Shown one piece after another: positions 1-9,181 of a DNA stretch of 64,000 bases. This DNA is from Pseudomonadota bacterium (GTDB lineage: Bacteria; Pseudomonadota; Gammaproteobacteria; Xanthomonadales; Rhodanobacteraceae). Where the stretch lies: the NCBI GenBank assembly GCA_023430685.1, contig JAEYZH010000024.1:1372-65371 (forward strand), given 5' to 3'. Every line of letters begins with the position of its first letter. Position 1 is the stretch's first letter. The notes under the pieces were generated by a model. That model was given only the letters and a program-made list of their open reading frames with translations, was not told where the DNA came from and did not search any database. The translations under genes and the position numbers were made by a program.

Positions 1-144
1 ACACCGGGTCAAGGATCCAACCGCTTCGTCGCGAGAAACCGTGCGGGAGGGGTGTAGGCCCCTGACCGGGACGCGCCATCGATGGTCGATCTTGCGGTCC
101 GCTCATCGCCAAAGATGCAACGAACGTGCTGGCGCAGCGCGATG

Positions 145-228
145 TGCCCGGACCCGGACTCGAACCGGGATGACCTTGCGGTCGAGGGATTTTAAGTCCC
201 TTGCGGCTACCGATTTCGCCATCCGGGC
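145..228 (-). tRNA. tRNA-Leu (anticodon UAA), type II with long variable arm
   Basis: Reverse complement reads GCCCGGATGGCGAAATCGGTAGCCGCAAGGGACTTAAAATCCCTCGACCGCAAGGTCATCCCGGTTCGAGTCCGGGTCCGGGCA. It has a 7-bp acceptor stem GCCCGGA/TCCGGGC, anticodon loop CTTAAAA and T-loop GGTTCGAGTCC. CCA is not encoded. Confidence 0.9.
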
Positions 229-288
229 AATGGCGCGGATGGTAACAGCCCGCCCGGCCACGCGAACGCGCGGCCGGGCCGGTCACGC

Positions 289-816
289 TCAGTCGGCCTC
301 GATCACGCCGCAAGCGATGCGCGCGCCCGAGTTGCCCGCGGGTTGGGAGGTGTAATCGTCGGGATCGGCGTGGACGACGATCGCACGGCCGATGATGTCG
401 TTCGCGGCACCGAGTGAAACCCCGGTGATGCGTGCATCGACCTTCGCGCGTCCGGATGCGTCGGCGCGCACGTTAGGGACGTCGCCCGCATGATGCGGAC
501 CGGACATCGGGTTGCCGTGCGCGTTCGACGTCGGGTTGTAGTGCCCGCCCGCGCTGCTCGCATCGAGCGCACTGCAGTCGCCCTTCTCGTGCACGTGGAA
601 GCCGTGCTCGGCGCCGGGCTTGAGGCCCTGCAGGGTGCCGGTCACGTGGACGCCGTCTGACTCCTGGCGCAGCTTCAACTCGCCACGAGCGAGCTGGCCC
701 TGGGTCGACGCGAGTGAAACATGCGCGGCGCGTGCGCTGTCATCGGCATCGCGTGCGTGGGTACCGGCACAGGCGGAAACCGCGAGTGCAAGCAGGCTGA
801 GCGGGAACATGCGCAT
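289..816 (-). CDS. sodC: Periplasmic Cu/Zn superoxide dismutase
   Basis: Motifs HGFHVHEKGDCS, GGHYNP, HHAGDVPN, GRAIVVHADPDDY and GNSGARIACGVI. Start moved from the ORF-track 897 to the ATG at 816 (MRMFPLSLLALAVSACAG signal peptide), which is preceded by GGAG. Confidence 0.93.
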   Translation of the reverse strand: MRMFPLSLLALAVSACAGTHARDADDSARAAHVSLASTQGQLARGELKLRQESDGVHVTGTLQGLKPGAEHGFHVHEKGDCSALDASSAGGHYNPTSNAHGNPMSGPHHAGDVPNVRADASGRAKVDARITGVSLGAANDIIGRAIVVHADPDDYTSQPAGNSGARIACGVIEAD

Positions 817-983
817 CGGCTGACTCCTTCGTCGTGAGGTAGGAGGACAGTGTGGCGCCCCCGGGGCTACCGCGGCTGAACTGGCCGTCCTGTTCACTCG
901 CGAGCAGGGCGACAGCCTGCAGGATGACGGTAGCGGCGGGTGATTGCGTCCGGCCCGCGTGCAAAACGAGGAGATGGATCCCG

Positions 984-1238
984 ATGACCCTGCGACACGA
1001 CGAAGTGGAATCGATGCTGGATGAACTCGAGCGCGGGCTGCTGCGCATGATCGAACGCTACGAAACGCCGGAAGCGTTCTGGCCGATCTTCGCCGGTTCG
1101 GTCGACGTGATTCTCGAAGGTTGCGAAGAAAACGACGGCGAGTACGCGCGTGGTCGTGTCGAGCGCCTGCGCGAACGCGCGGTGCAACTCGGCATGGCGC
1201 CCGACGGCAACAGCCGATCGAGCACCACGTCGGCCTGA
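984..1238 (+). CDS. Hypothetical small acidic protein (84 aa)
   Basis: ATG at 984 is preceded by AGGAG (970-974). Codon third positions are GC-rich, unlike the upstream part of track ORF 852..1238. No recognisable motif. Confidence 0.5.
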   Translation: MTLRHDEVESMLDELERGLLRMIERYETPEAFWPIFAGSVDVILEGCEENDGEYARGRVERLRERAVQLGMAPDGNSRSSTTSA

Positions 1239-1245
1239 TGAGGCA

Positions 1246-1599
1246 TCACGCCGCTGCGCGCGCACCCGCGGCGCAGCCGGCGTGGCCGCAGCCGCATCCC
1301 GAACCGGCGTCGGCGCCGCCGGCTGCGGTGCGGCAATGGTCGCTGCACCACTGCTCGCCCGCGCTCACCGTGCAGGCACACCCGCCATGCGCGCAGCGCG
1401 GCGCGCCGCCCGTTTCCGATTCGGACCTCACCGCCGGGACGAACGGTGATACCGGATCGCTGGTGGGAAAGGTTTCCTCGAGGGCTTCGTCGAGCGCGTC
1501 GCTTTCCTTCGCCTTGCGAGACGCGCGCTCATGCGGGCTTTCGTCCACGGGCGCGGCCTCGGCGGGATGCGGCGGATCCTTGCGATCTCGGGAACTCAT
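1246..1599 (-). CDS. Cys/His-rich putative metal-binding (metallothionein-like) protein with acidic disordered N-terminus
   Basis: C-terminal CAHGGCACTVSAGEQWCSDHC...GCGCGHAGC carries 8 Cys plus His. Start set at MSSRDRKD (ATG 1599), preceded by GAGGAAG. Confidence 0.55.
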   Translation of the reverse strand: MSSRDRKDPPHPAEAAPVDESPHERASRKAKESDALDEALEETFPTSDPVSPFVPAVRSESETGGAPRCAHGGCACTVSAGEQWCSDHCRTAAGGADAGSGCGCGHAGCAAGARAAA

Positions 1600-1724
1600 T
1601 GGATGGCTTCCTCGCTGGATTAGGGCTTGCATCCCATTGGAAGACGGACTCGCCCAACGCCGCCTGACTCGGGGCCCCCGAGGCAGGGCGGCGTTCAGTG
1701 CCTTCTCTCACTAGCCTCGAGCGA

Positions 1725-2282
1725 TCAGCGGTTCGGCGCTGCCGGCGAATGACCGGCACGTCGCGCCCGCAGCAGCTCTTCGGCGTAGGGACCCGCTGCG
1801 AGCAGCGCCACGCCGATTGCGAGCGCGGCGGCGTAGGCGGTCGATGGAGCCTGGTCATTCAAAACGGGATCGAATCGCGGAGCCTCGGAACCGACTCCGA
1901 AAAGCGCGACGAATTGCGGCCACTCCGCCGTCGCAAGCAGCATGAGGATGACCATCGGGCACGCCTCGAGCACGCTGTGGATCATCTGCTCGAGCACGCC
2001 GATCCTGCGACTCGACATCCCGACGCGCAGGTCGAGCCACGTGGTCGCTTCGTGCACGAGTGCTCCCGCGATCAGCAAGGCGAACACCAGCGCGTTCGCC
2101 TGCAGGTAGATCGCGGCGAGCAACGGAAGGCCCATTTCCGCCAGCAACAGCAGGTGCAGGGCCGATTCCGCCGCGCCGCTCGTGCGCTCGATCTGGCTGC
2201 GCCTGTGGCAGAGCCAGTCCGCGAAGCCCGCGAGCAACCAGGCAGGCACCACAACGTGCAACAGCAGAGCGTACTGGGGCAT
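1725..2282 (-). CDS. Integral membrane protein (about 5 hydrophobic helices), function unknown
   Basis: Starts at MPQYALLLHVVVPAWLLAGF (ATG 2282) after GGAGGAG. The 5' extension of track ORF 1725..2765 is Arg/Gly-rich and overlaps the next gene. Confidence 0.65.
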   Translation of the reverse strand: MPQYALLLHVVVPAWLLAGFADWLCHRRSQIERTSGAAESALHLLLLAEMGLPLLAAIYLQANALVFALLIAGALVHEATTWLDLRVGMSSRRIGVLEQMIHSVLEACPMVILMLLATAEWPQFVALFGVGSEAPRFDPVLNDQAPSTAYAAALAIGVALLAAGPYAEELLRARRAGHSPAAPNR

Positions 2283-2452
2283 CACGTCAGGCTCCTCCAG
2301 GCTTCGCGACCACCAGGTGGGAGACGGCGCTGAAGGCGGACGGTGCGGGCTCGCCGAGCGCGGGCAGGAAGCAGCGGTGCAACGCTCCGTTCGAACGGCG
2401 CCGCGGCCGCCTCGGCCCTTCGAGAATCCTGATGGGTGCCTCGGCGGTGACG

Positions 2453-2878
2453 TCAGGACGCGCGGCGCGAACGCGTCCTTGCCGCCTTCTTCGCGGCGGC
2501 GGAACGCTTCGCGGTATTGTGCGCGCGCGTCTGCGCAGCCTTCTTGCCGGCTGACTTCGCACTTGCGGTCGTGCGACCGGAGGACTTCGCGGTCGAGGTC
2601 TTTTTCGACGCGGATCGCCTGGTCGCCGCCTTGCGCGTGGCGGTTTTCCTCGTTCCCGACTTCTTCGCTGCCGAAGTCCTGGACGTCGACTTCTTGCGCG
2701 CGGTCTTCCTGGCCGTTGCCGCAGGACCCTTCGCACCGCCGTCCTGCTTGTTGACGGTCGCCCACGCGCGCCTGGCCGCGGTCTTCTTCGAAACGCCCTT
2801 CTTCTCGTAGCCTTCCTCGATGTGCTCGGCCTGGCGCTTCTGCTTGCTCGAGTACGAGGATTTGTCTCCGCGGGGCAT
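2453..2878 (-). CDS. Basic Lys/Ala/Thr/Arg-repeat (histone-H1/AlgP-like tail) protein with conserved N-terminal domain
   Basis: MPRGDKSSYSSKQKRQAEHIEEGYEKKGVSKKTAARRAWATVNKQ is followed by about 90 aa of K/A/T/S/R low-complexity repeats. GGAGA lies 5 nt upstream of the ATG at 2878. Confidence 0.6.
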   Translation of the reverse strand: MPRGDKSSYSSKQKRQAEHIEEGYEKKGVSKKTAARRAWATVNKQDGGAKGPAATARKTARKKSTSRTSAAKKSGTRKTATRKAATRRSASKKTSTAKSSGRTTASAKSAGKKAAQTRAHNTAKRSAAAKKAARTRSRRAS

Positions 2879-3147
2879 GCCGTTCTCCACTTCGAGCAGT
2901 TGGACCTGGCTAGACTAGGCGTGGTGCATCAACTCGGCGTGAATGGACGATGGCGCGACGCGCGCGATTCAGTCCGATGCGAGGGCTTCATGGCCGATCC
3001 ACGGCCGATGCGTAGGCGTCGCGCGAGCACACCTTGCGCACGCATTCGCGTACTCGCAACGACGTGGCGGCGAGTTCGGAAGCGACGGGATCGCAGGCGC
3101 ACGGGTCGTGCGGAGCGGCCGTGCGGGACGGCACGGCGGGGACGACA

Positions 3148-3221
3148 TGGAGGCCTGGGTCGGAATCGAACCGGCGTACGCGGATTTGCAGTCCGCTGCA
3201 TGACCACTCTGCCACCAGGCC
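3148..3221 (-). tRNA. tRNA-Cys (anticodon GCA), CCA encoded
   Basis: Reverse complement GGCCTGGTGGCAGAGTGGTCATGCAGCGGACTGCAAATCCGCGTACGCCGGTTCGATTCCGACCCAGGCCTCCA. Acceptor GGCCTGG/CCAGGCC, anticodon loop CTGCAAA. Confidence 0.93.
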
Positions 3222-3284
3222 GGTGACGATTCGCATCGCGCGCCTCGCGGCGGGCGCAATACCTGCATCTTCCGACGTCGGCCG

Positions 3285-3316
3285 GAAAAACGAAACCCCG
3301 GCATGCCGGGGTTTCG
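3285..3316 (-). terminator. Rho-independent terminator after tRNA-Gly
   Basis: An 11-bp perfect stem CGAAACCCCGG/CCGGGGTTTCG with loop CATG is followed on the minus strand by TTTTT. Confidence 0.7.
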
Positions 3317-3326
3317 TCGCAGATCC

Positions 3327-3402
<76 letters not shown>

Positions 3403-3413
3403 GTGGGACGCGC

Positions 3414-3441
3414 ATATTACGTGTTGGCGCGCGGGTGTCAA
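3414..3441 (-). promoter_or_regulatory. Sigma70-type promoter of the tRNA operon
   Basis: On the minus strand: TTGACA (3441-3436), 16-nt spacer, TAATAT (3419-3414), then the GC-rich discriminator GCGCGTCCC immediately before the tRNA-Gly 5' end. Confidence 0.6.
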
Positions 3442-3474
3442 CCCTCCCGCACAGGCCGGCGTGCGCGCGATGGC

Positions 3475-4035
3475 TCAACGCTGCTGCCGCAGGATCGGCC
3501 AGGCGGCGCGCACGTAGAGCAGACCCGACCAGATCGTGAGGCCCGCCGCGACCACGAGCAGGGCTTCGCCCACGCGGTAGAACCGCAGCTCCTCGAGGTC
3601 GTGCTGGTGCAGCAGCACGACGATCGCGAAGATCTGCATCGCGGTCTTGATCTTGCCGAGCGTCGCCACGCGCACGGTCGCGCGCTGGCCGATTTCGGCC
3701 ATCCATTCGCGCAGCGCCGAAATGCTGATCTCGCGGCCGACGATCACCGCGCTGGTCACTGCGAGCAGCGGCGTAGGGTTGCTCTGCACGAGCAGGAACA
3801 GCGTCACCGCGACCATCAGCTTGTCCGCGACCGGGTCGAGGAACGCGCCGAACGCCGAGCTCATGTTCCAGCGCCGCGCAACCCAGCCGTCGAGCCAGTC
3901 GGTCACGGCCGCGGCAATGAAGATGCCGGCGGCCGCGATGTTGGCGCCGCGGAACGGTGCATAGAACACGACCACCATCACCGGCAGCAGCGCGATGCGG
4001 AACAGGGTCAATGCGGTCGGTATCGTGATGTTCAT
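3475..4035 (-). CDS. pgsA: CDP-diacylglycerol--glycerol-3-phosphate 3-phosphatidyltransferase
   Basis: MNITIPTALTLFRIALLP..., and the CDP-alcohol phosphatidyltransferase motif DWLDGWVARRWNMSSAFGAFLDPVADK. Sits in the uvrC-pgsA-tRNA context. Confidence 0.95.
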   Translation of the reverse strand: MNITIPTALTLFRIALLPVMVVVFYAPFRGANIAAAGIFIAAAVTDWLDGWVARRWNMSSAFGAFLDPVADKLMVAVTLFLLVQSNPTPLLAVTSAVIVGREISISALREWMAEIGQRATVRVATLGKIKTAMQIFAIVVLLHQHDLEELRFYRVGEALLVVAAGLTIWSGLLYVRAAWPILRQQR

Positions 4036-4051
4036 CGAGGCAGTCGTCGCT

Positions 4052-5989
4052 TCATCCGTGGAAGGTCGCGTAGATGCGTTCGGCCAGTTCCCTGCTGATT
4101 CCTTTCACTTGCATGAGTTCCTCGATGCCGGCCTTGGACAGGCCGCCGAGGCCGCCGAAGTGCTTGAGCAGCGCCGATCGCCGGCGCGCACCGACGCCCG
4201 CGATATCCTCGAGCGTACTCGCCTCGCGTGCCTTTTCGCGACGACCGCGATGGCCGGTGATCGCGAACCGGTGCGCCTCGTCGCGCACTGCCTGCACAAG
4301 GTGCGAGGCCGGCGAGGCCGGGCCCGGGAACAGGGTGCGGCCGCTGCCGGCCACGATCAAGGTCTCGTCGCCCGCACGACGCGCCTCGCCCTTGGCGACG
4401 CCGACGATCGGCACGCCCTCGATGCCGAGTTCGTTGAGCACGTCCACGGCCTGTTGCAGCTGCGCCTTGCCGCCATCGATGAGCAGCAGGTCCGGCAGGT
4501 GGCCCCACTTCATTCCTGCCGCGGCGCCTTCGCCCTGCACGGCCGGAAGCGCGGCGATCTCGGCCTGCGCGCGCTTGAAGCGGCGCTCGAGTGCCTGGCG
4601 CATTGCCGCGTAGTCGTCCCCGGGCGTGATACCGGTGATGTTGAAGCGGCGGTACTGCGATTTTTCCGGCCCCTCCGGCCCGAACACGACGCAGGACGCA
4701 ACCGTCGCCTCGCCCATCGTGTGGCTGATGTCGAAGCACTCGATGCGCTGCGGGGTCTCGTCGAGGCCGAGCAGGTCGCGCAGCGCCTCGAACCTCAGCA
4801 GCAGGTTCTGGCGGCTCGCGAGGCGCGCGGCCAGCGCCGCATCGGCATTGCGCCGCGCGAGGTCGAGGAAACGCGCGCGCTCGGCGCGCACGCGCGACTT
4901 GATCCCGACATCGCGGCCGGCTCGCACCGACAGCGCTTCGGCGAGGGCCGCGCAATCCTCGGGCGCGGGGCTTGCCACGAGTTCCGCCGGCACCGGACGC
5001 TCGAGGTAATACTGCGCGATGAACGAGGCGAGCACCGCGGGCTCGTCGACGACGCCCGCGAGGCGAGGGAAGAAATCGCGCGAGCCGAGGCTGACGCCAT
5101 TGCGGAAGAACAGCACGCTGACGCAGGCGACGCCGCCCCTGATCGTGCATGCGATCACGTCCATGTCGGCGCTCGCGCCCTGCACGTAGTGATGCGCCTG
5201 CACGCGCTTGACCGCGCCGATCTGGTCGCGGATCCGCGCGGCCTGCTCGAATGCGAGGCGCGTGCTCGCGTCTTCCATCGCGGCGACGAGTTCGTCCATC
5301 ACGAGCCCGCCGCGCCCGTCGAGGAACATTTCCGCGTGACGCACGTTTTCCGCGTAGTCGCCGACGCTGACGAGGCCGACGCACGGCGCGGTGCAGCGCC
5401 GGATCTGGTACTGCAGGCAGGGGCGCGAGCGGTTGCGGAAGTAGCCATCCTCGCAGTTGCGGATCAGGAACAGCTTCTGGATCAGGTCGAGGCTCTCGCG
5501 CACCGCACCGGCACTCGGGAACGGCCCGAAATAGCGCCCGCTGCCGCTGCGCGCGCCGCGGTGGAACGCGAGGCGCGGGTAGGCTTCCGGGCGCGGCCGC
5601 TCCGCACTGCCCGGCGTCGCGTCGGTGTCCGCGACGACGGTGCCGCGCGGCGCACCGGTCAGGTGGATGTAGGGGTAGCTCTTGTCGTCGCGCAGCACGA
5701 TGTTGTAGCGCGGCTTGAGCGTCTTGATCAGCTGCGCCTCGAGCAGCAGCGCCTCGGCCTCCGTGCGCGTGACCGTGGTCTCCATGCGCGCGATCTGGCC
5801 GACCATCGCGGCGATGCGCGGGTCCATCTTCGGCTTGAGGAAATAGCTGCCGACGCGCTTCCTGAGATTGCGCGCCTTGCCGACGTAGAGCAGCTCGTCG
5901 CGCGCACCGAACATGCGGTACACGCCGGGCGCGCCCGTCAGGGTCTGGACGAACAGCTTGCCGTCGAACGGCAGCGGGGTTTCTTGCAT
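4052..5989 (-). CDS. uvrC: Excinuclease ABC subunit C
   Basis: 645 aa. N-terminal GIY-YIG (GVYRMFGARDELLYVGKARNLRKRVGSYF), a UvrBC-interaction region, and a C-terminal (HhH)2 (LEDIAGVGARRRSALLKHFGGLGGLSKAGIEELMQVKGIS). Confidence 0.97.
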   Translation of the reverse strand: MQETPLPFDGKLFVQTLTGAPGVYRMFGARDELLYVGKARNLRKRVGSYFLKPKMDPRIAAMVGQIARMETTVTRTEAEALLLEAQLIKTLKPRYNIVLRDDKSYPYIHLTGAPRGTVVADTDATPGSAERPRPEAYPRLAFHRGARSGSGRYFGPFPSAGAVRESLDLIQKLFLIRNCEDGYFRNRSRPCLQYQIRRCTAPCVGLVSVGDYAENVRHAEMFLDGRGGLVMDELVAAMEDASTRLAFEQAARIRDQIGAVKRVQAHHYVQGASADMDVIACTIRGGVACVSVLFFRNGVSLGSRDFFPRLAGVVDEPAVLASFIAQYYLERPVPAELVASPAPEDCAALAEALSVRAGRDVGIKSRVRAERARFLDLARRNADAALAARLASRQNLLLRFEALRDLLGLDETPQRIECFDISHTMGEATVASCVVFGPEGPEKSQYRRFNITGITPGDDYAAMRQALERRFKRAQAEIAALPAVQGEGAAAGMKWGHLPDLLLIDGGKAQLQQAVDVLNELGIEGVPIVGVAKGEARRAGDETLIVAGSGRTLFPGPASPASHLVQAVRDEAHRFAITGHRGRREKAREASTLEDIAGVGARRRSALLKHFGGLGGLSKAGIEELMQVKGISRELAERIYATFHG

Positions 5990-6032
5990 GCGCGCATGGT
6001 ACGGGACTGGCGAGCCGCGCGCGCCTTCGCGC

Positions 6033-7466
6033 TCAGGTATCGCCGATCGCGACGCGGCGCAGGCGACCGGCCGCGAGCTCGATGCACGCGATCTCGTGCA
6101 GGTTCGTGTTCGCGATCCACAACTGCCCGTCGCAGAGGCCGAGTCCGTGCGGCTCCTCGAGCCGGTACGGCATGCGCAGCGGCCGTGTCTCGCCGGTGCG
6201 CCGGTTCATCATCTTGATCGCCCCGTTGTAGCTGTCGGCGACGTGGATCACGCCGCGCGGATCGACCGCGACCGCGAGCGGATGCTGGAAGCGCACCTCG
6301 CCGCGCTGCCCGCTGGCATCGCCGAATTCGTACAGTCCCGCACCGGCGAGCGTTTCCACGCGCCCGTCGTCGATCGATACCGCGCGCAACGCATTCGCCT
6401 GGGCATCGGCGACGATCAGCTGGCGACCCGCGAGCGCGAGGCCGGCCGGCGCACCGAACGCGGCCGCGGTTCCGATCCCGTCGACGAGGCCCTGCTCGCC
6501 GCTGCCCGCGAGCGCCCACACCCTCCCCGTCGGCAGGTCGAGCCGCCACACCTGCTGCTGACCGGCGACCGAGACGAACAGGTCGTCGCCGGCCGCGAGG
6601 ACGTCGACCGGCGTGTTCAGCGCGGTCGCGCGCGCATCCGCGCCATCGGGGCGCGCGCGCCCCGCGCGGCCGGTGCCGAGCACGGTTTCGACGCTGCCGT
6701 CGGCGAGGTCGATGCGACGCACGCTGTGGTTGCCGCGGTCGGCGACGTAAAGCGAGCCGTTGTGGCGCGCGAGCCCGCGCGGATCCTCGAAGCAGGCCTG
6801 GGATGACACGCCGTCGACGTGCCCGGGGTCGCCGCTGCCGAACTGGCGCAGCACGCGCCCGTCGTGCTGGCATTCGAGCACGCGGTGATGGCCGCTGTCG
6901 GCGATGTAGAGCAGCTCCCGTTCGGGCAGCACCTTGCCCGGGAACAGCAACGTGCCGCGCGGCTCGCGGCGCTGCGCCGGCGGCGTCGGTTCGAACACGC
7001 GCAGGTCCTTCATCGCCGCTTCGTCGAGCAGTTCGGCGATGCGCGCATCGACCTGGGCCCTCGCGCCTTCTCCTGCGTACGCGGCCGCGAGGCGGCTCTC
7101 GACATCGATCAGCACGAGCGTCGGCCAGGCTTCGACCGCGTAGTCCTGCCAGACGCGGAAGTCGTCGTCGCTCGCGACCGCATGGCGCACGCCGAGCCGG
7201 TTCACCGCGCGCAGCACCGCGCCCGCATTGCGATGGTGCGGGTATTTCGGGCAATGGATGCCGATCACCGCGAGGCCGTCGTGGTAGCGGTCTTCGAGCT
7301 GGCGCAACGCCGGCACGAGGTTCCAGCAGTTGATCGAGTCCCCGCTCCAGAACCAGAGCAGCACGACGCGTCCGCGCAGCGCCGCGATGCGCGGCGGCGC
7401 ATCGGTATTGACCCAGGCGAGGTCGATCGGAAGCTCGGGAGCGGGCTTGCGCGGCGTCTGCATCAT
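6033..7466 (-). CDS. Thioredoxin-fold (redoxin) domain fused to an NHL-repeat beta-propeller protein
   Basis: The N-terminus VVLLWFWSGDSINCWNLVPALRQLEDRY...WPTLVLID is thioredoxin-like. The C-terminal half has repeated ...LYVADRGNHSVRRI / LFVSVAGQQQVWRL / IHVADSYNGAIKMM NHL-type blades. The ATGA start overlaps the upstream gene stop. Confidence 0.8.
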   Translation of the reverse strand: MMQTPRKPAPELPIDLAWVNTDAPPRIAALRGRVVLLWFWSGDSINCWNLVPALRQLEDRYHDGLAVIGIHCPKYPHHRNAGAVLRAVNRLGVRHAVASDDDFRVWQDYAVEAWPTLVLIDVESRLAAAYAGEGARAQVDARIAELLDEAAMKDLRVFEPTPPAQRREPRGTLLFPGKVLPERELLYIADSGHHRVLECQHDGRVLRQFGSGDPGHVDGVSSQACFEDPRGLARHNGSLYVADRGNHSVRRIDLADGSVETVLGTGRAGRARPDGADARATALNTPVDVLAAGDDLFVSVAGQQQVWRLDLPTGRVWALAGSGEQGLVDGIGTAAAFGAPAGLALAGRQLIVADAQANALRAVSIDDGRVETLAGAGLYEFGDASGQRGEVRFQHPLAVAVDPRGVIHVADSYNGAIKMMNRRTGETRPLRMPYRLEEPHGLGLCDGQLWIANTNLHEIACIELAAGRLRRVAIGDT

Positions 7467-7918
7467 CGTTCCTCCGGTCGCCCCGCGCGCAGCCGCGCCG
7501 CGAGCGCGGCGACGCCCGTGCGCGCAAGTTCGATCACGCGCAGGAAGTCCGCGTCGCCGCCGTAGTAGGGATCGGGCACTTCATCGTCGCCGAGGAACAG
7601 CAGCGGCCCCCGCGCGGCACGCTCGGGCACGAATCGCGCGAGGTCCTCGAGGTTGCGCCGGTCCATCGCGAGCACGAGGTCGTAGGTGTCGAAGTCCGTG
7701 CGCCGCACCTGGCGCGCTCGATGCGCGGAGAGTTCGTAGCCATGCGCCTTCGCGAACGCGATCGCGCGGCGGTCGGCACCCTGTCCGACGTGGTAGTCCT
7801 CGGTTCCTGCCGATGCGACGACGGCATCGAGCCCGGTGCGCGCGAACTCCGCGCGCGCGACTGCTTCCACCGTCGGCGAGCGGCAGATGTTCCCCATGCA
7901 GACGAACAAAATCCGCAT
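7463..7918 (-). CDS. Low-molecular-weight protein-tyrosine phosphatase
   Basis: MRILFVCMGNICRSP (CX5R P-loop) and the DVPDPYYGG general-acid loop. Start moved to the ATG at 7918, after AGGGGA. Confidence 0.9.
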   Translation of the reverse strand: MRILFVCMGNICRSPTVEAVARAEFARTGLDAVVASAGTEDYHVGQGADRRAIAFAKAHGYELSAHRARQVRRTDFDTYDLVLAMDRRNLEDLARFVPERAARGPLLFLGDDEVPDPYYGGDADFLRVIELARTGVAALAARLRAGRPEER

Positions 7919-8032
7919 ATTTCCCCTGCGAATCATGCGCTTAGGTCGCGAATTCGCCCCTCGCAACAGTGGCGAAAACGTGCTATCGCAGAGTAACAGA
8001 ATCAAATGCTTGCGCGCCGCAACCGGAGAGCT

Positions 8033-8293
8033 CTATTCGGCCGGCGTCGCGACGACGCCTTTCCACCGGCACTCGGGACACCCTGGGCCGCGACACGCAG
8101 GGCACCACGAGAACTGCCACAGGATGCGGTGCCGCTGCCGGCCGCCGCACTCGCACTCGACGCCGGGCGCGGTTTCCGTCCCAGCCATGTGCAGCCCGCA
8201 GCCGAAGATGCCGCAGCCGTCGCACACACAAGCTGGAATCGCGCGCAGCGGCGGGGTCAGGTACTCGCTGAGTGGAGGTCGGGCGCGGGCCAT
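8033..8293 (-). CDS. Small Cys-rich (zinc-ribbon-like) hypothetical protein
   Basis: 86 aa with 12 Cys (CVCDGCGIFGCG..., CECGG..., CPACRGPGCPEC). High third-position GC, but no convincing RBS. Confidence 0.35.
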   Translation of the reverse strand: MARARPPLSEYLTPPLRAIPACVCDGCGIFGCGLHMAGTETAPGVECECGGRQRHRILWQFSWCPACRGPGCPECRWKGVVATPAE

Positions 8294-8384
8294 GCGCGAA
8301 GGATATGCACGCCGACATCAGGAACTGAGACGGTCGGGACGCGGGACAGGATCCGTGGTTACAATCCATAGACAGGAGGGAGCA

Positions 8385-8750
8385 ATGCGAACGATTGCGC
8401 TTGCAGCCGCGATGGCGGCATCGATGCTGGTTTCCGGCAGCGCTGTTGCCGGAGGACTCATCGTCCACTGGCCCGGCGGCGAGGTGACGTCGTACACCGG
8501 CCACGTCGTCTACTACGATCCCGACCCGGGCGCGGACAACCTGTCCGGCGCGAGCTTCGTCGAGGATTCGGCCGCCGAGGTCTACGAGAGCGACGCGATC
8601 TTCGAGAGCCCCTTCGGGAGCGCCCCTACCGACTGGCGCTGGCGCGTCGTGAAAGAGGTCGGCGGTCATGCGACCGGCGCCGGTTACTGCGCGTCGTCCT
8701 TCGACGGGCAGCTGCTCGAGCTCACCTGTATCCCCTATCCGGATGACTAA
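8385..8750 (+). CDS. Small secreted protein (121 aa), unknown function
   Basis: AGGAGGGAGCA precedes the ATG at 8385. Signal peptide MRTIALAAAMAASMLVSGSAVAGG. The rest of track ORF 7836..8750 is an off-frame extension. Confidence 0.6.
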   Translation: MRTIALAAAMAASMLVSGSAVAGGLIVHWPGGEVTSYTGHVVYYDPDPGADNLSGASFVEDSAAEVYESDAIFESPFGSAPTDWRWRVVKEVGGHATGAGYCASSFDGQLLELTCIPYPDD

Positions 8751-8795
8751 GCTCGCAGCCTTTGGGCTCCAAGGTCGAAGCGACCACGCGATCAC

Positions 8796-9158
8796 GTGGC
8801 TATTCCGCGGCTCATAGCTCTCACCGGCAGGCTCGGAATTGCCTTGGCAACCGTCGTAGTTGTCGGAGCGCTGCTGACCATCTCGCTCCGAGGGTGCGTC
8901 GCCGATGTACGCCAAGCGTTCACCGACGACGAGGATGAGCCGGACGTGGTGGTGGACTACTGTGACAGCGATTGCGCAGCGGAGGCAGCTGGCGAACTCT
9001 TCATGAACCGCGAATACGAATCGGCCATGACCGAATGCCAACACCGGGGGCCGGCCTTCACACTTGGCTGCACCAACTTTGTTTCTGAGCTCGAGGAGCC
9101 AGAAGTCCTCGATCGGCCCACCGCTGACGAAGAAGACGCGAGGCCATATTGGCGCTGA
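8796..9158 (+). CDS. Hypothetical membrane-anchored acidic protein at the prophage edge
   Basis: GTG start and N-terminal hydrophobic segment LGIALATVVVVGALLTISL. The region is locally lower in GC than both flanks. Convergent with the giant virion gene. No motif recognised. Confidence 0.3.
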   Translation: MAIPRLIALTGRLGIALATVVVVGALLTISLRGCVADVRQAFTDDEDEPDVVVDYCDSDCAAEAAGELFMNREYESAMTECQHRGPAFTLGCTNFVSELEEPEVLDRPTADEEDARPYWR

Positions 9159-9181
9159 CGTCGAGTGCGAACCGACGCGAA

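Noticed and set aside
1725-2765. Full-length 346-aa version of the membrane-protein ORF
   Set aside because: The N-terminal 160 aa are Arg/Gly/Glu-rich and overlap the basic-protein gene (2453..2878) in another frame. A GGAGGAG-ATG start at 2282 begins the hydrophobic part.
3995-6217. 740-aa plus-strand ORF
   Set aside because: It is antisense to uvrC (and the pgsA start), which carry unambiguous motifs. Its composition is Arg/Ala-rich and featureless.
5938-7527. 529-aa minus-strand ORF overlapping the thioredoxin/NHL gene in another frame
   Set aside because: The translation is dominated by Arg/Ala/Pro/Gly. The alternative frame (6033..7466) has thioredoxin-like and NHL repeat patterns and translational coupling to the phosphatase gene.
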